NCBI GenBank assembly: GCA_024639145.1
Contig: JAHEIZ010000002.1
Location: 155,027 to 219,026 of the forward strand
Origin: Actinomycetes bacterium
GTDB lineage: Bacteria > Actinomycetota > Actinomycetes > S36-B12
Direction of reading: 5' to 3'
Length of the DNA: 64,000 nt
Shown here: in pieces, positions 25,905 to 39,552 of the stretch
How the letters are laid out: every line of letters starts with the position of its first letter
Position numbering within the stretch: the stretch's first letter is position 1
Position numbers and translations under genes: made by a program
The notes under the pieces: model-generated
What the model was told of the DNA's origin: nothing
The model's database searches: none
The model's input: the letters and a program-made list of their open reading frames with translations, nothing else

Positions 25905-26456
25905 ATGGATTCTTCACGCACGCGCATCGTCCTCGACGACTCTGATATCGCCCGTGCCATTCGCCGCCTGTCCCACGAGATCGTCGAGAGTGCCAAGGGT
26001 GCTGATGAACTCGTCATCCTCGGCATTCCCACTCGAGGTGTAGCCCTGGCCACTCGCATTCGCGATGCGATTGCGGACATCGAAGGACATTCGGTTCCCA
26101 CGGGCGCACTCGACATCACCCTCTATCGCGACGACCTTCGACTTCGCCCTGCTCGTGCGCTCGAGCCCACGTCGATCCCGCCCGAGGGCATCGACGACCG
26201 CATCGTCGTCCTCGTCGATGACGTTCTCTTCTCCGGACGCACCGTGAGGGCCGCGCTCGATGCCCTCAATGACATAGGTCGTCCTCGTGCAGTGCGCCTT
26301 GCCGTACTCGTCGATCGCGGGCACCGCGAGCTTCCGATCCGGCCCGACTTCGTCGGCAAGAATCTGCCGACCGCGGTAGGGGAGCAGGTCCGCGTAAGCC
26401 TCGTCGAGATCGACGGATCCGACTCGGTCACGATCCGCGATGAGGAGTCCGCATGA
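25905..26456 (+). CDS. pyrR: Bifunctional pyr operon regulator/uracil phosphoribosyltransferase
   Basis: [50 protein letters not shown]. Confidence 0.98.
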   Translation: MDSSRTRIVLDDSDIARAIRRLSHEIVESAKGADELVILGIPTRGVALATRIRDAIADIEGHSVPTGALDITLYRDDLRLRPARALEPTSIPPEGIDDRIVVLVDDVLFSGRTVRAALDALNDIGRPRAVRLAVLVDRGHRELPIRPDFVGKNLPTAVGEQVRVSLVEIDGSDSVTIRDEESA

Positions 26457-27391
26457 AGCATTTGCTGTCTGCGGGAGATCTCGATCGAGATCAGGCGATC
26501 ACCATCCTCGACACGGCCGCTGAACTCGCGGCGCTCACGGATCGCTCCGTGAAGAAGCTCCCTACCCTGCGTGGCCGCACGGTCGTGAACCTGTTCTTCG
26601 AGGACTCGACTCGAACTCGCATCTCCTTCGAAGTGGCGGCGAAGCGGCTGTCTGCCGATGTCATCAACTTCGCGGCCAAGGGATCGTCGGTATCGAAGGG
26701 CGAGAGTCTCAAGGACACTGCACTCACCCTCGAGGCGATGGGTGCCGACGCAGTGGTGATCCGGCACAACCTCTCTGGTGCACCGCATCGACTCGCGACC
26801 GCCGGCTGGATCGGCGGCAGCGTCGTCAATGCGGGCGACGGTACCCACGAGCACCCCACTCAGGCTCTGTTGGACGCTTTCACGATGCGCAAGCATCTGC
26901 GCGACGGCACCGGCGATCTCGAAGGCGTGCGCGTCGGCATCGTCGGTGACGTCCTGCACAGTCGCGTTGCACGCTCAAATGTCCTGCTCCTGCGCACGCT
27001 GGGCGCTCAGGTGACGCTGGTGGCGCCGCCCACTTTGCTGCCGCTCGGCGTCGAGACCTGGCCTTGCGATGTCAGCTATGACATCGATTCCGTACTTCCG
27101 CGGCTCGACGCCATCATGATGCTTCGAGTGCAGGGGGAGCGCATGCATGATGCCTACTTCCCCTCGGCTCTTGAGTACTCGCGACTGTACGGCCTCGACT
27201 CAGCGCGAATGTCTACGCTGCCCGATCACGCAGTGATCTTGCACCCGGGTCCGATGAATCGCGGCATGGAGATTTCGGCCGATGTGGCCGACAGTCCTCG
27301 TGCGCTGATGGTGGAGCAAGTCGCCAATGGCGTGAGCGTCCGCATGGCCGTCCTGTATCTCTTGCTCGGTGGAATGAAGGAGAACGACTGA
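26453..27391 (+). CDS. pyrB: Aspartate carbamoyltransferase
   Basis: [43 protein letters not shown]. Confidence 0.98.
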   Translation: MKHLLSAGDLDRDQAITILDTAAELAALTDRSVKKLPTLRGRTVVNLFFEDSTRTRISFEVAAKRLSADVINFAAKGSSVSKGESLKDTALTLEAMGADAVVIRHNLSGAPHRLATAGWIGGSVVNAGDGTHEHPTQALLDAFTMRKHLRDGTGDLEGVRVGIVGDVLHSRVARSNVLLLRTLGAQVTLVAPPTLLPLGVETWPCDVSYDIDSVLPRLDAIMMLRVQGERMHDAYFPSALEYSRLYGLDSARMSTLPDHAVILHPGPMNRGMEISADVADSPRALMVEQVANGVSVRMAVLYLLLGGMKEND

Positions 27392-28671
27392 TGCCCATCG
27401 TCCTGCGCGGAGCGCGCCCATACGGCGAGGACGCCGCGGACATCGTGATCGCCGATGGCCTGATCGTCGAGATCGCACCCGTGGGGTCAGCGAGTGGCGA
27501 GGTCATCGACTGCGAGGGGCTGGTGGCTCTTCCCGGGTTCGTGGACTTGCATACCCACCTGCGTGAGCCCGGCCGAGAGGATGCCGAGACTGTCGAGTCC
27601 GGTTCTCGAGCTGCGGCGCTCGGCGGCTATACCTGCGTGCACGCAATGGCGAATACCTCGCCGGTAGCCGACACTGCGGGCGTGGTCGAGCAGGTATGGC
27701 GCTTGGGTGAGCGAACGGGGCTTGTGGATGTTCGACCGGTCGGGGCCGTCACGGTCGGGTTAGCCGGCGAGCGCATGGCGGAGATCGGGGCGATGGCGAA
27801 CTCCGAGGCGCAGGTTCGCGTGTTCAGCGACGACGGCAAGTGCGTCCACGATGCAGCGCTCATGCGTCGTGCGCTCGAATACGTGAAGGCATTCGACGGT
27901 GTTGTCGCACAGCATGCGCAGGAGCCTCGTCTGACCGAGAACGCGCAGATGAACGAAGGAATTCTTTCCGGGCAGCTCGGCTTGACCGGTTGGCCGGCGG
28001 TAGCGGAAGAGGCGATCATCGCTCGCGATGTCCTGCTTGCGCAGCATGTGGATTCCAGACTGCATGTCTGCCATGTCTCGACTGCCGGCTCGGTGGAGGT
28101 TATTCGCTGGGCAAAGAGCAGGGGAGTCAACGTCACTGCCGAGGTCTGCCCTCATCACTTGATCCTGACCGAGGATCTCGTGGCGTCCTATGACCCGATC
28201 TACAAGGTCAATCCGCCGCTTCGCACCGCTGCCGATATCGAGGCGCTCCGCGGTGCTCTGGGTGACGGCACGATTGATGCAATCGCGACTGATCATGCCC
28301 CCCATCCGCATGAGGACAAGGATTGCGAGTGGGGAGCGGCTGCCTTCGGAATGCTCGGGCTCGAGACAGCATTCAGCATCGCCATGAAAACAATGATCGA
28401 ACCCGGCCTTCTCGACTGGCGCGGCCTTGCTGACCGAATGTCGGTAGCGCCCGCCCGCATCGGCCGAGTACGTGAACAGGGGCACGAGCTGGCAGTCGGA
28501 TCGATTGCGAATATCGCCCTCGTCGACCCTTCAGCCACCCGGGTCATCAGCTCCGACCGGCTTGCCTCGAAGTCACGCAACACCCCTTACGCCAGCATGG
28601 AGTTACCCGGAGCCGTGGTTCACGTGCTCTATGGCGGCAATCTCACAGTTCGCGATGGAGCCCTCGCATGA
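27391..28671 (+). CDS. pyrC: Dihydroorotase
   Basis: [36 protein letters not shown]. Confidence 0.97.
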   Translation: MPIVLRGARPYGEDAADIVIADGLIVEIAPVGSASGEVIDCEGLVALPGFVDLHTHLREPGREDAETVESGSRAAALGGYTCVHAMANTSPVADTAGVVEQVWRLGERTGLVDVRPVGAVTVGLAGERMAEIGAMANSEAQVRVFSDDGKCVHDAALMRRALEYVKAFDGVVAQHAQEPRLTENAQMNEGILSGQLGLTGWPAVAEEAIIARDVLLAQHVDSRLHVCHVSTAGSVEVIRWAKSRGVNVTAEVCPHHLILTEDLVASYDPIYKVNPPLRTAADIEALRGALGDGTIDAIATDHAPHPHEDKDCEWGAAAFGMLGLETAFSIAMKTMIEPGLLDWRGLADRMSVAPARIGRVREQGHELAVGSIANIALVDPSATRVISSDRLASKSRNTPYASMELPGAVVHVLYGGNLTVRDGALA

Positions 28672-28703
28672 TGTCCATAGCAACTGACCTGGAGAATGGG
28701 GCC

Positions 28704-29837
28704 ATGAGCCGTGTTCTCGCAGTACTTGTCCTCGAAGATGGCCGCATCATGCGCGGTCGTTCGTTCGGCGCGATCGGCACGGCTTACGGCGAGGCCGTCT
28801 TCTCCACCGGCATGAGCGGGTACCAGGAAACCCTCACCGACCCGTCCTACCGCCGTCAGGTGGTGATCATGACTGCTCCCCATATCGGGAACACCGGCAT
28901 GAATCACGAGGATCCGGAGTCCACGCGCATTTGGGTGGCCGGCTACGTCGTCCGCGATCCTTCGCGTGTCACCTCGAACTGGCGTGCTGACTCAGATCTC
29001 GAGTCCGATCTCGTCGAGCAGGGCATTGTCGGACTGTGTGAGATCGACACCCGGGCGCTCACTCGTCACCTCCGCGAGCGCGGAAGCATGCGTGTCGGAC
29101 TCTTCAGCGGTAGCGATGCCGAGGCCACCGATGCTGAACTTCTTGCACGCGTGCAGGCGACTCCGCAGATGCAGGGGGCAAGTCTGACCGATGAGGTCAC
29201 CACCGTTGAGTCGTACGTCATTGCGGCCCAAGGCTCTAAGCGTTTCACTGTCGCGGCAATCGATCTTGGTATCAAGTCCATGACTCCGTTCCGGATGGCA
29301 GAGCGAGGCATTGAGGTACACGTGCTGCCTGCGAGCACGTCCTTCGAGCAGGTTGCGGCGCTTGCGCCTGACGGAGTCTTCTTCTCCAACGGCCCGGGTG
29401 ACCCCGCCACTGCCACGCACGCAATCTCTGTCATGCAATCGGTACTCGAGGCACGCATTCCGGTCTTCGGCATCTGCTTCGGGAATCAGATCCTCGGCCG
29501 TGCGCTCGGACTCGGTACCTACAAGCTGCGATACGGGCATCGCGGTATCAATCAGCCGGTGATGGACCTCCGCACACGCAAGGTCGAGGTCACTGCACAC
29601 AACCATGGATTCGCCGTCGACGCGCCGCGCGATGGTGCCTTCGATACCCCGTATGGCCGCGCCGAAGTCAGTCATGTCTGCCTGAACGACGATGTCGTCG
29701 AGGGCCTTCGCCTGCTTGACCGACCGGCCTTCAGCGTGCAGTACCACCCCGAGGCGGCGGCGGGTCCGCATGACGCCTCATATCTCTTCGACGAATTCGT
29801 GACAGCAATGGAAGCAGGCGCACATGCCCAAGCGTGA
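28704..29837 (+). CDS. carA: Carbamoyl-phosphate synthase small subunit
   Basis: [47 protein letters not shown]; alternative start 28668. Confidence 0.98.
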   Translation: MSRVLAVLVLEDGRIMRGRSFGAIGTAYGEAVFSTGMSGYQETLTDPSYRRQVVIMTAPHIGNTGMNHEDPESTRIWVAGYVVRDPSRVTSNWRADSDLESDLVEQGIVGLCEIDTRALTRHLRERGSMRVGLFSGSDAEATDAELLARVQATPQMQGASLTDEVTTVESYVIAAQGSKRFTVAAIDLGIKSMTPFRMAERGIEVHVLPASTSFEQVAALAPDGVFFSNGPGDPATATHAISVMQSVLEARIPVFGICFGNQILGRALGLGTYKLRYGHRGINQPVMDLRTRKVEVTAHNHGFAVDAPRDGAFDTPYGRAEVSHVCLNDDVVEGLRLLDRPAFSVQYHPEAAAGPHDASYLFDEFVTAMEAGAHAQA

Positions 29838-32800
29838 GGATCTCCGTTCGGTCATGGTGATCGGCTCCGGCCCGATCGTGATCGGTCAGGCCTGCGAGTT
29901 CGACTATTCCGGAACCCAGGCCTGTCGGGTACTGCGCGACGAAGGTCTGCGAGTGGTTCTCGTCAACTCGAATCCGGCCACGATCATGACCGACCCTGAG
30001 TTCTCCGATGCCACGTACATCGAGCCCATCACCCCGGAGTTCCTCGAGCGCATCATCGCCAAGGAGCGCCCCGACGCGTTGCTGCCGACTCTGGGCGGTC
30101 AAACGGCGCTGAATGCCGCGATCGCCCTGCACAAGAACGGTGTGCTGGCCAAGTACGACGTCGAGTTGATCGGTGCTGATGTCGACGCGATTGAGCGGGG
30201 AGAGAATCGCGAGATCTTCCGGCAGATCGTGGCCGACATCGGGGCCGAGAGCGCTCGATCGGCGATCTGTCATTCGCTCGATGACTGCCTGGCGGCGGTC
30301 GATGATCTCAAGTACCCCGTCGTCGTGCGGCCCTCCTTCACGATGGGTGGTGCCGGGTCCGGAATCGCCTATGACGAGACCGACCTTCGCCGCATAGCCG
30401 GGGCCGGTCTACAGGCCAGCCCCACCACGGAGGTTCTTCTCGAGGAGTCCATCATCGGATGGAAGGAATATGAGCTCGAACTCATGCGCGATCACCACGA
30501 CAACGTGGTGGTCGTCTGCTCGATTGAGAATCTTGACCCGATGGGCGTTCACACAGGTGACTCCATCACCGTCGCGCCCTCGCTCACCCTGACCGATCGC
30601 GAGTTCCAGCACATGCGCGATGTGGGCATCGCCATCATTCGCGCTGTCGGAGTCGACACGGGCGGATGCAATATTCAGTTCGCCATCAATCCCGCGGACG
30701 GGCGCCTCATCGTCATTGAGATGAACCCACGTGTGTCGCGTTCCTCTGCGCTCGCGTCCAAGGCCACCGGTTTCCCCATCGCCAAGATCGCAGCTCGGCT
30801 TGCCATCGGTTACACGCTCGACGAGATTCCCAATGACATCACCGAGCAGACGCCGGCATCCTTCGAACCAACCCTCGACTACATCGTCGTCAAGGTCCCG
30901 CGTTTCGCCTTCGAGAAATTCCCGCAGGCTGATCCCGTTCTTACCACCACGATGAAGAGCGTCGGCGAGGCCATGGCCATCGGCCGCAATTTCACCGAGG
31001 CACTCCAGAAGGCCCTTCGCTCACTCGAGAAGCCCGAAGCGGTCTTCAGCTGGAGCGAGAGTTCCGTTGACCTGACGGATCTCCTGCAGCGCATGCGCAA
31101 GCCCCATGACGGTCGCCTCTCCTTGGTGCAGCAGGCCCTGGCCCAGGGCGCCACGGCCGAGCAGGTGCACGAGGCCACCAAGATCGATCCGTGGTTTATC
31201 GATCAGATCTGCCTGATCAATGAAGTTGCTGCCGAGGTGCGCACGGCTGAAGTGCTGGACTCCCATGTCATCCGCCATGCCAAGCGCCACGGATTCTCCG
31301 ACCGGCAGCTCGCGCAACTTCGAGGCCTGACCGAGGCCGAGGTTCGTGAGTTGCGGCACGCGTTGGGTGTGCGCCCTGTCTACAAGACCGTCGATACCTG
31401 TGCCGCAGAGTTCGCCGCGCAGACTCCTTACCACTACTCGTCCTACGACGAGGAGACCGAGGTAGTGCCCACTGATCGCGACAAGGTGATCATCCTGGGA
31501 TCAGGTCCCAACCGCATCGGTCAGGGAATTGAGTTCGACTACTCGTGCGTGCATGCTGCACTGACCCTTCGCGACGCCGGCTACGAGACCATCATGGTCA
31601 ACTGCAACCCCGAGACCGTCTCGACCGACTACGACACCTCGGATCGCCTCTACTTCGAGCCGCTGACGCTCGAGGACGTCCTCGAGATCGTGCATGCAGA
31701 GTCAGGCGCGGGGCATCTGGTGGGCGTGATCGTCCAGCTCGGTGGTCAGACCCCTCTCGGGCTCGCTCAGGCCTTGAAGAATGCCGGCGTGCCAATCATC
31801 GGCACGAGCCCCGAGTCCATTCACCTCGCCGAGGAGCGCGGCGCCTTCGGTCGCGTGCTGGCCGAAGCGGGGCTTCCGGCGCCGCGGCACGGCACGGCGT
31901 TCTCCTTCCCCGAGGCCCAGGCAATCGCTGCCGATGTCGGATACCCGGTGCTGGTGCGACCGAGTTATGTGCTGGGCGGTCGAGGCATGGAGATCGTCTA
32001 TGACGATGCGATGCTCGCCGACTACCTCACGCGCGCGACCGATGTCACGGCCGAGCATCCGGTGCTCGTCGATCGATTCCTCGATGATGCGATCGAGATC
32101 GATGTCGACGCCCTGTACGACGGCACTGAGCTCTTCCTCGCCGGCGTGATGGAGCACATCGAGGAAGCCGGAATTCACTCCGGGGACTCGGCCTGCGCAC
32201 TTCCGCCGATCACCTTGGGTGCAGGAGAAATAGAGCGCATCCGTACCTCGACGCTCGCCATCGCCAAGGGCGTGGGTGTCCGTGGCTTGCTCAACGTCCA
32301 ATACGCGCTCGCCGGTGACGTCCTCTACGTTCTCGAGGCCAATCCGCGTGCTTCACGCACCGTGCCGTTCGTCTCCAAGGCGACGGCAGTTCCCATTGCC
32401 AAGGCGGCTGCTCGGGTCATGGTCGGTCAGACCATTGCCGAACTCCGTGAGCAGGGAATCCTCCCGGCTCAGGGCGACGGCGGCACGATGCCGGCAGGTT
32501 CCGCCGTGTCAGTGAAGGAAGCAGTGCTTCCGTTCGGTCGTTTCCACGGCGTAGACACCGTGCTCGGCCCCGAGATGCGCTCGACCGGCGAGGTCATGGG
32601 AATCGACGACACCTTCGGCATCGCCTTCGCAAAGTCACAGGATGCTGCGTTCGGCGCTCTGCCGATGTCCGGTACGGCATTCGTCTCGCTTGCCAACCGC
32701 GACAAGCGTTCTGCCATCTTCCCGATCAAGATCCTCCATGATCTTGGTTTCACGATTCTCGCAACTGCTGGCACTGCCGAGGTTCTCGGAAGAAACGGCG

Positions 32801-33111
32801 TTCCCGCCCAGGTGCTGCGCAAGCAGTCGGAGGGAACCGGTCCAGGTGGTGAGAAGACCACGGTCGACGCGATCATGGCCGGCGATATCCAGCTGATCAT
32901 CAATACCCCATACGGAGTCGGCCCCCGCCTCGACGGCTACGAGATTCGCACGGCAGCGGTCACTCGTGGCGTGCCGTGCATCACGACCGTGCAAGGTCTT
33001 GCCGCGGCGGTCCAGGGCATTGAGTCCTTGCAGAAGGATGAAGCAGGCGTTCGCTCGCTTCAGGAGCATGGCGCCGATCTGGCCGCCCGCCGAGCGGGGC
33101 AGTCGTCATGA
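29824..33111 (+). CDS. carB: Carbamoyl-phosphate synthase large subunit
   Basis: [62 protein letters not shown]. Confidence 0.99.
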   Translation: MPKREDLRSVMVIGSGPIVIGQACEFDYSGTQACRVLRDEGLRVVLVNSNPATIMTDPEFSDATYIEPITPEFLERIIAKERPDALLPTLGGQTALNAAIALHKNGVLAKYDVELIGADVDAIERGENREIFRQIVADIGAESARSAICHSLDDCLAAVDDLKYPVVVRPSFTMGGAGSGIAYDETDLRRIAGAGLQASPTTEVLLEESIIGWKEYELELMRDHHDNVVVVCSIENLDPMGVHTGDSITVAPSLTLTDREFQHMRDVGIAIIRAVGVDTGGCNIQFAINPADGRLIVIEMNPRVSRSSALASKATGFPIAKIAARLAIGYTLDEIPNDITEQTPASFEPTLDYIVVKVPRFAFEKFPQADPVLTTTMKSVGEAMAIGRNFTEALQKALRSLEKPEAVFSWSESSVDLTDLLQRMRKPHDGRLSLVQQALAQGATAEQVHEATKIDPWFIDQICLINEVAAEVRTAEVLDSHVIRHAKRHGFSDRQLAQLRGLTEAEVRELRHALGVRPVYKTVDTCAAEFAAQTPYHYSSYDEETEVVPTDRDKVIILGSGPNRIGQGIEFDYSCVHAALTLRDAGYETIMVNCNPETVSTDYDTSDRLYFEPLTLEDVLEIVHAESGAGHLVGVIVQLGGQTPLGLAQALKNAGVPIIGTSPESIHLAEERGAFGRVLAEAGLPAPRHGTAFSFPEAQAIAADVGYPVLVRPSYVLGGRGMEIVYDDAMLADYLTRATDVTAEHPVLVDRFLDDAIEIDVDALYDGTELFLAGVMEHIEEAGIHSGDSACALPPITLGAGEIERIRTSTLAIAKGVGVRGLLNVQYALAGDVLYVLEANPRASRTVPFVSKATAVPIAKAAARVMVGQTIAELREQGILPAQGDGGTMPAGSAVSVKEAVLPFGRFHGVDTVLGPEMRSTGEVMGIDDTFGIAFAKSQDAAFGALPMSGTAFVSLANRDKRSAIFPIKILHDLGFTILATAGTAEVLGRNGVPAQVLRKQSEGTGPGGEKTTVDAIMAGDIQLIINTPYGVGPRLDGYEIRTAAVTRGVPCITTVQGLAAAVQGIESLQKDEAGVRSLQEHGADLAARRAGQSS

Positions 33112-33968
33112 GTAGTCCGCTCCAGATTCGCGGCGAGGTACTCGACGTCAAGCGCGCCGGCAGTTATTTCGTCATCTCCCTCACCGCGCCCGGCATCCCG
33201 GAAATCACTCGTCCGGGTCATTTCCTCAATATCGGCATCGGCGGCGAGGAATCCTCGATGCTGCTTCGCCGATCGTTTGCCATTCACCAGGTTCAGATGC
33301 GCGGCATGTACGGCGGCACTCTCGACATCGTGGTGGGTGTCAATGGCAAGGGTTCGCAGTGGCTCAGTGAGCGCCGTCGACATGATCCTCTGAGCATTGT
33401 CGGGCCACTCGGGCGTCCGTTCGTCCTGCCCAAGGAGAAAGTGTCCTGCGTGCTCGTCGGGGGCGGCTACGGCTCGGCGCCTCTCTTCATGCTCGCTGAG
33501 CAACTGCGTGAACGCGGTTGCCGTGTTGATGTCGTCCTCGGGGCAGCCACGGAGGAGAAGCTCTTCGGCACCCTCGATATCAAGAGACTTGCCACGACGC
33601 TCACGATCACGACAGATGACGGTTCGTCCGGTACTCAAGGTCGAGTCACCGACGTCCTCCCCGACATCATGGACAAGTCCGACTCTGCCGTGGTGTACGC
33701 GTGCGGACCCATGGGCATGCTCTCGGCAGTTGCGGCAATCGCGTCGGAGAAGCGCGCCCACAGTCAGTGCTCGGTCGAGGAGTCCATGGCCTGCGGAATC
33801 GGAGTCTGCATGACCTGTGTCCTCCCGGTGATTGGCGACGACGGTGTCACCCGCATGGTGCGATCCTGCGTCGAAGGCCCGGTCTTCCGAGGCGATCGCG
33901 TGCGATGGAGTGATGTGGGAACTGTGCCTGCCGATACTTGGGGTGCTCCGGTGGAAGGCGGCCACTGA
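33108..33968 (+). CDS. pyrK: Dihydroorotate dehydrogenase electron-transfer subunit
   Basis: [11 protein letters not shown] motif, [25 protein letters not shown]...C 2Fe-2S motif, EGPVF. Confidence 0.93.
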   Translation: MSSPLQIRGEVLDVKRAGSYFVISLTAPGIPEITRPGHFLNIGIGGEESSMLLRRSFAIHQVQMRGMYGGTLDIVVGVNGKGSQWLSERRRHDPLSIVGPLGRPFVLPKEKVSCVLVGGGYGSAPLFMLAEQLRERGCRVDVVLGAATEEKLFGTLDIKRLATTLTITTDDGSSGTQGRVTDVLPDIMDKSDSAVVYACGPMGMLSAVAAIASEKRAHSQCSVEESMACGIGVCMTCVLPVIGDDGVTRMVRSCVEGPVFRGDRVRWSDVGTVPADTWGAPVEGGH

Positions 33969-34993
33969 TGACCCGCGCAGTCTTCTCGCCGGCCGGAGGC
34001 ACAGCTTCTGAGCAGAGGCCCGATGTCGACATGTCGACGAGCCTCGGCTTTCTCGATCTCCCTGCGCCTGTGCTCACCGCCTCCGGCTGCGCGGCGGCGG
34101 GCCGCGAGCTCGATCAGTTCTTCGACATCACCGAGCTTGGCGGCATCGTGACCAAGAGCGTCATGCTGCAGCCTCGTTCGGGTCGCGCGACACCGCGAAT
34201 GGCCGAGACGCCCAGCGGAATGCTGAACTCGATTGGGCTCCAGGGGCCGGGCATTGATCAATTCATCGAGAAGGATCTCGCCTGGCTCGAGCAGCGTGGT
34301 GTGCGCACGATCGTGTCTATCGCCGGAAGCAATGTCGACGAGTACTCCAAGCTCGCGCAGAAGTTGCGCAACGTTCCCGGGATCGCAGGCATCGAGGTCA
34401 ACATCTCGTGCCCCAATGTCGAGAACCGCGGCCTCGTCTTTGCCTGCCAGCCCGACTCGGCATCGAGCGTGATCCAGGCGGTGCGCCGTTTCAGTGATCC
34501 CAAGATGCCGATCCTCGCGAAGCTCTCTCCTGATGTCACCGACATCACCGAGATCGCGCACGCCGTCGTGCGTGCCGGTGCCACGGGGATCTCGGTCATG
34601 AACACCACCTTGGGCATGGTCATCAACACCGACACCATGCGACCGGCCCTGGCCGGCGTGACCGGTGGTCTCTCGGGCCCGGCGATCCGTCCGATTGCGG
34701 TGCGCTGCGTGTGGCAGATCCGCAAGGCGCTGCCGGATGTCCCGATTCTCGGCATGGGCGGTATCCGCACGGGCCAGGATGCCTTCCAGTTCATCCTCGC
34801 GGGGGCGAGTGCGGTGTCGGTCGGCACGGTGGTCTTCAACGATCCGAGTGCCCCGATTCGCATTCAGCACGAGTTGGCCCAGCAGCTGGCCGATCACGGC
34901 TTCTCGAGCTTGAGCGATGCCGTGTCATTTGCGCATCGTTCGGCCGATGTTGATCTGGTCGACGACGTCGAAGAGGAGTTCGAGATCGAATGA
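33968..34993 (+). CDS. pyrD: Dihydroorotate dehydrogenase, class 1B catalytic subunit
   Basis: TASG, GMLNSIGLQGPG, EVNISCPN, AKLSPDVTDI, GGLSGPAIRP; paired with pyrK. Confidence 0.96.
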   Translation: MTRAVFSPAGGTASEQRPDVDMSTSLGFLDLPAPVLTASGCAAAGRELDQFFDITELGGIVTKSVMLQPRSGRATPRMAETPSGMLNSIGLQGPGIDQFIEKDLAWLEQRGVRTIVSIAGSNVDEYSKLAQKLRNVPGIAGIEVNISCPNVENRGLVFACQPDSASSVIQAVRRFSDPKMPILAKLSPDVTDITEIAHAVVRAGATGISVMNTTLGMVINTDTMRPALAGVTGGLSGPAIRPIAVRCVWQIRKALPDVPILGMGGIRTGQDAFQFILAGASAVSVGTVVFNDPSAPIRIQHELAQQLADHGFSSLSDAVSFAHRSADVDLVDDVEEEFEIE

Positions 34994-35697
34994 CCGCGCC
35001 CATTGCTGTCGCCCTTGACGCACCTGATCTGCCCACGCTCTCCAGATGGGCATTCGAGACGTCCCCCTTCGTGTCCACCCTGAAGGTCGGTCTCGAGGTG
35101 TTCTGCCGAGATGGTGCCGCTGCGGTGCAGGCAGCCCGTGATGCGGCGATGCGCGCAGGCGCTGATCACGCGCGTATCTTCCTCGACCTCAAGCTCCATG
35201 ACATCCCGGCCACTGTCGCGGGTGCGGCATCCGCCGTGCGCGATCTGCATCCCGATTACCTGACCGTGCACGCGGCCGGCGGTCCCGAGATGATCGCCGC
35301 TGCCGCGCGGGCCCTGCCCGATACGCGCATCACAGCGGTGACCATCCTGACCTCGCTCGACGACTCGGTGCTCGAGTCGATCGGCATGCGCGGGCCGTCG
35401 CTGGACGCTGCTGTGCGTCTCGCCGTACTCGCCGTCGAAGCCGGGGCACGTGCCATCGTCTGCTCACCGCTCGAGGTTGCCGCGATCCGCGCTGCAGTAA
35501 GTGACGACATCACGCTCATCACGCCCGGCGTGCGTCCGGCAGGTGCAGGGGTCCAGGACCAGAAGCGCGTGGCCACGCCCGAGTCCGCACTTGCCGCCGG
35601 AGCCGATCTCCTGGTCATCGGTCGCCCGATCACCGGTGCTGCCTCGCCCGGTGAGGCCGCGCGCGAACTGCGCGATGCCCTTCCGGCGGCACGATGA
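34990..35697 (+). CDS. pyrF: Orotidine-5'-phosphate decarboxylase
   Basis: VALD, LKVGLE, FLDLKLHDIPATV, TPGVRP, DQKRVATP, VIGRPIT. Confidence 0.97.
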   Translation: MTAPIAVALDAPDLPTLSRWAFETSPFVSTLKVGLEVFCRDGAAAVQAARDAAMRAGADHARIFLDLKLHDIPATVAGAASAVRDLHPDYLTVHAAGGPEMIAAAARALPDTRITAVTILTSLDDSVLESIGMRGPSLDAAVRLAVLAVEAGARAIVCSPLEVAAIRAAVSDDITLITPGVRPAGAGVQDQKRVATPESALAAGADLLVIGRPITGAASPGEAARELRDALPAAR

Positions 35698-36002
35698 CCG
35701 CGCCCGACCGCAGTCCCGAGCAGCGAGCCGAGGCCCTTGCTCGTGCTCTCGAGGCTCGGCAGGAGCGCGCGCTCATCCGGCGGCAGCTCAAGTCGGGCGC
35801 CCTCGATGCTCGTGAGGTCCTCGAATCCTGCGATGACAACCTCGCCTGGGGTGCACTTCCGATACGCGCATTCTTGACCGCACTGCCCGGCGTGGGGGTC
35901 GCTCGAGCGCAGGCCATCATGCGCGATATCGACATCGCCGACTCGCGACGCCTGCGCGGCCTGGGCGAGCGGCAGCGTCTCGAACTCCTGCAGGTGATCT
36001 GA
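35694..36002 (+). CDS. mihF: Actinobacterial integration host factor (divergent)
   Basis: [23 protein letters not shown]2TH-like motifs; canonical pyrF-mihF-gmk position. Confidence 0.85.
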   Translation: MTAPDRSPEQRAEALARALEARQERALIRRQLKSGALDAREVLESCDDNLAWGALPIRAFLTALPGVGVARAQAIMRDIDIADSRRLRGLGERQRLELLQVI

Positions 36003-36553
36003 TGGCCACCGCGCCCCTCGTGGTCGTCTCCGGGCCCTCGGGCGTAGGCAAGAGCACCGTGGTCGCCGCAGCGCTCGAGGCCGATCCGAGTGTCTGGCTG
36101 TCGGTCAGTGCCACGACGCGGGCTCCGCGAGAGGGGGAGATCGACGGAGTCAATTACTTCTTCGTCACGCGCGATCGCTTCGAGGAGATGGTCCATGCGG
36201 GGGAGTTCCTCGAATGGGCCGAATTCGCCGGGAATCGCTACGGCACCCCGCGAGGTCCGGTCCAGGAGCGCCGCTCGGCTGGCATCCCCGTGATCTTGGA
36301 GATCGAACTGCAGGGCGCCCGCCAGGTGCGTCTGAGTGACCCGACTGCACGCCTGGTCTTCTTGGCACCCCCCTCATGGGAGGTCCTCGAGGCTCGCCTG
36401 ACCGGTCGGGGCACCGAGTCGCCCGAGTCAGTGGCCGCGCGCCTCGATGCTGCCAGGGCCGAGCTGGCCGCTCAGGGGGAGTTTGACGACGTGGTCGTCA
36501 ATACCGATGTACGGGAGTCCGCTCAGGCCTTGCTAGACTTCCTCCACGGCTGA
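36002..36553 (+). CDS. gmk: Guanylate kinase
   Basis: [46 protein letters not shown]. Confidence 0.98.
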   Translation: MATAPLVVVSGPSGVGKSTVVAAALEADPSVWLSVSATTRAPREGEIDGVNYFFVTRDRFEEMVHAGEFLEWAEFAGNRYGTPRGPVQERRSAGIPVILEIELQGARQVRLSDPTARLVFLAPPSWEVLEARLTGRGTESPESVAARLDAARAELAAQGEFDDVVVNTDVRESAQALLDFLHG

Positions 36554-36594
36554 CCGCCGTTCTCCCCGAAGAACCGACGTAAAGAGGCATTGTC

Positions 36595-36858
36595 ATGAGC
36601 AACGTTCGCGCCGAGGGCATCACCCATCCCTCCATTGACGCCCTGCTCGACAAGACCGAGTCGAAGTACTCCCTGGTGATCTACGCATCCAAGCGTGCGC
36701 GCCAGATCAACGCCTACTACTCACAGCTCGGCGAGGGCCTGCTCGAGTACGTCGGCCCTCTGGTCGAGACCCACGTCCAGGAGAAGCCCCTGTCGATCGC
36801 CCTGCGCGAGATCGACGCCGGCCTGCTCACCTCCGAGGCGGTCGAGGACCTCAGCTGA
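36595..36858 (+). CDS. rpoZ: RNA polymerase omega subunit
   Basis: [38 protein letters not shown]. Confidence 0.98.
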   Translation: MSNVRAEGITHPSIDALLDKTESKYSLVIYASKRARQINAYYSQLGEGLLEYVGPLVETHVQEKPLSIALREIDAGLLTSEAVEDLS

Positions 36859-36875
36859 CCTCCAGCGATTTCGGG

Positions 36876-38090
36876 GTGCCCGTGCCCCGCATCGTCCTGG
36901 GTGTCGCAGGCGGTATCGCCGCCTACAAGGTGGTCGAGGTCCTGCGCGGCCTCACTGAGTCTGGCCACGATGTCACCGTGGTTCCCACCGCAGCAGCACT
37001 CGAGTTCGTCGGAGCCCCGACCTGGGCGGCACTGTCCGGCAAGCCCGTGAACACCAGCGTGTGGCATGACGTCGAGCAGGTTGTGCATGTCAGGCTCGGC
37101 CAGTCGGCTGACCTCGTCCTCGTCGCACCTGCTACGGCCGATCTCCTCGCCCGTGCAACTCACGGCATCGCCGACGACCTGCTGACCAACGTGCTTCTCA
37201 CTGCGCGCTGCCCGATCGTGATGGCGCCGGCCATGCATACCGAGATGTGGCAGCACCCCGCGACCCAGCGAAATGTGGCCGAACTCCGCGCCCGCGGGGT
37301 GATCGTGCTCGAGCCTGCCTCCGGCCGCCTGACCGGCGCCGATACTGGGCCCGGCCGCCTGCCCGACCCCTCGGCCATCATCGCGGCAGCCCGCGATGCC
37401 CTCCGGCGTGCGCCGTCCGCCGATCTTGCGGGCCTACGCCTCCTGATTACCGCCGGGGGCACCCGGGAGGCGATCGACCCGGTGCGCTTCATTGGCAATC
37501 ACAGCAGTGGCAAGCAGGGCTTCGAGCTCGCACGAACCGCAGTTGCCCGTGGGGCTGAGGTCACCGTGATCGTCGCCCACGTCGACGTCGAGCCGCCGGC
37601 CGGCGCGACGATCATCCGGGTCAGCTCGGGCGAGCAGATGCACGCCGAGGTCGCGCGGCTGATGCCCGAGAGCGATGTCGTGGTCATGGCTGCCGCGGTG
37701 GCCGATTTCCGGCCGTCCGAGGTGGCCGAGTCGAAGGTCAAGAAGGCCGAGACCCCTGCCGCGATCAGCCTCGAGCTGCAGCCCACCACCGACATCCTCG
37801 CCTCGATCGTCGCCTCGCGAGTCGGCTCGTCGCCGCTCATCGTGGGCTTCGCCGCCGAGACCGGCGACGCGTCCGCGAGCGTGCTCGAGCACGGACGGGC
37901 CAAGTTGGCTCGCAAGCGATGCGACCTGCTCGTGGTCAATGACGTCAGCCCGGGCAAGGCGTTCGGCGCCGATGACAACGAGGTCGTCATCCTGGGGGGC
38001 CATGGCGAGGTCACTGTGTCGCGTGCCTCGAAGGCCGTCGTGGCCGACGCGATCTGGGATGCCGTCCTGGCTCGAATCCCTGCCGTCTAG
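36876..38090 (+). CDS. coaBC: Bifunctional phosphopantothenoylcysteine decarboxylase/ligase
   Basis: GVAGGIAAYK, APATAD, APAMHTEMW, TAGGTREAIDPVRFIGNHSSGKQG, AAAVADF, VGFAAET; alternative GTG 36882. Confidence 0.98.
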   Translation: MPVPRIVLGVAGGIAAYKVVEVLRGLTESGHDVTVVPTAAALEFVGAPTWAALSGKPVNTSVWHDVEQVVHVRLGQSADLVLVAPATADLLARATHGIADDLLTNVLLTARCPIVMAPAMHTEMWQHPATQRNVAELRARGVIVLEPASGRLTGADTGPGRLPDPSAIIAAARDALRRAPSADLAGLRLLITAGGTREAIDPVRFIGNHSSGKQGFELARTAVARGAEVTVIVAHVDVEPPAGATIIRVSSGEQMHAEVARLMPESDVVVMAAAVADFRPSEVAESKVKKAETPAAISLELQPTTDILASIVASRVGSSPLIVGFAAETGDASASVLEHGRAKLARKRCDLLVVNDVSPGKAFGADDNEVVILGGHGEVTVSRASKAVVADAIWDAVLARIPAV

Positions 38091-38149
38091 GGGGCGCGGC
38101 ACGGTGCCGCGCTTCGCTGCCGGAGGCGGCCATTCGTGTATCCTTGCCG

Positions 38150-38256
38150 TCGGTCACGAGTACCAGCGTCAAGTCCCGGCTCGCTGGTCGGCAACCCTCC
38201 TCCGCGGTGGGGTGCTCCGGGAGCAGACCAGGCCTCATCCGAGGCAAGCGCGCGTT
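38150..38256 (+). ncRNA. SAM-IV riboswitch
   Basis: GGTCA-CGAGTACCAGCGTCAAGTCCCGGCTCGCTGGTCGGCAACCCTCC...GGGGTGCTCCGGG...AGACCAGGCC...GGCAAGCGCG fits the actinobacterial SAM-IV pattern; directly upstream of metK; -10 TATCCT 38139-38144. Confidence 0.9.
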
Positions 38257-38301
38257 CCACCGATGGGGCAGCGGTAAGCAACAGCCAAGGGAGTATCGAT
38301 C

Positions 38302-39548
<1,247 letters not shown>

Positions 39549-39552
<4 letters not shown>

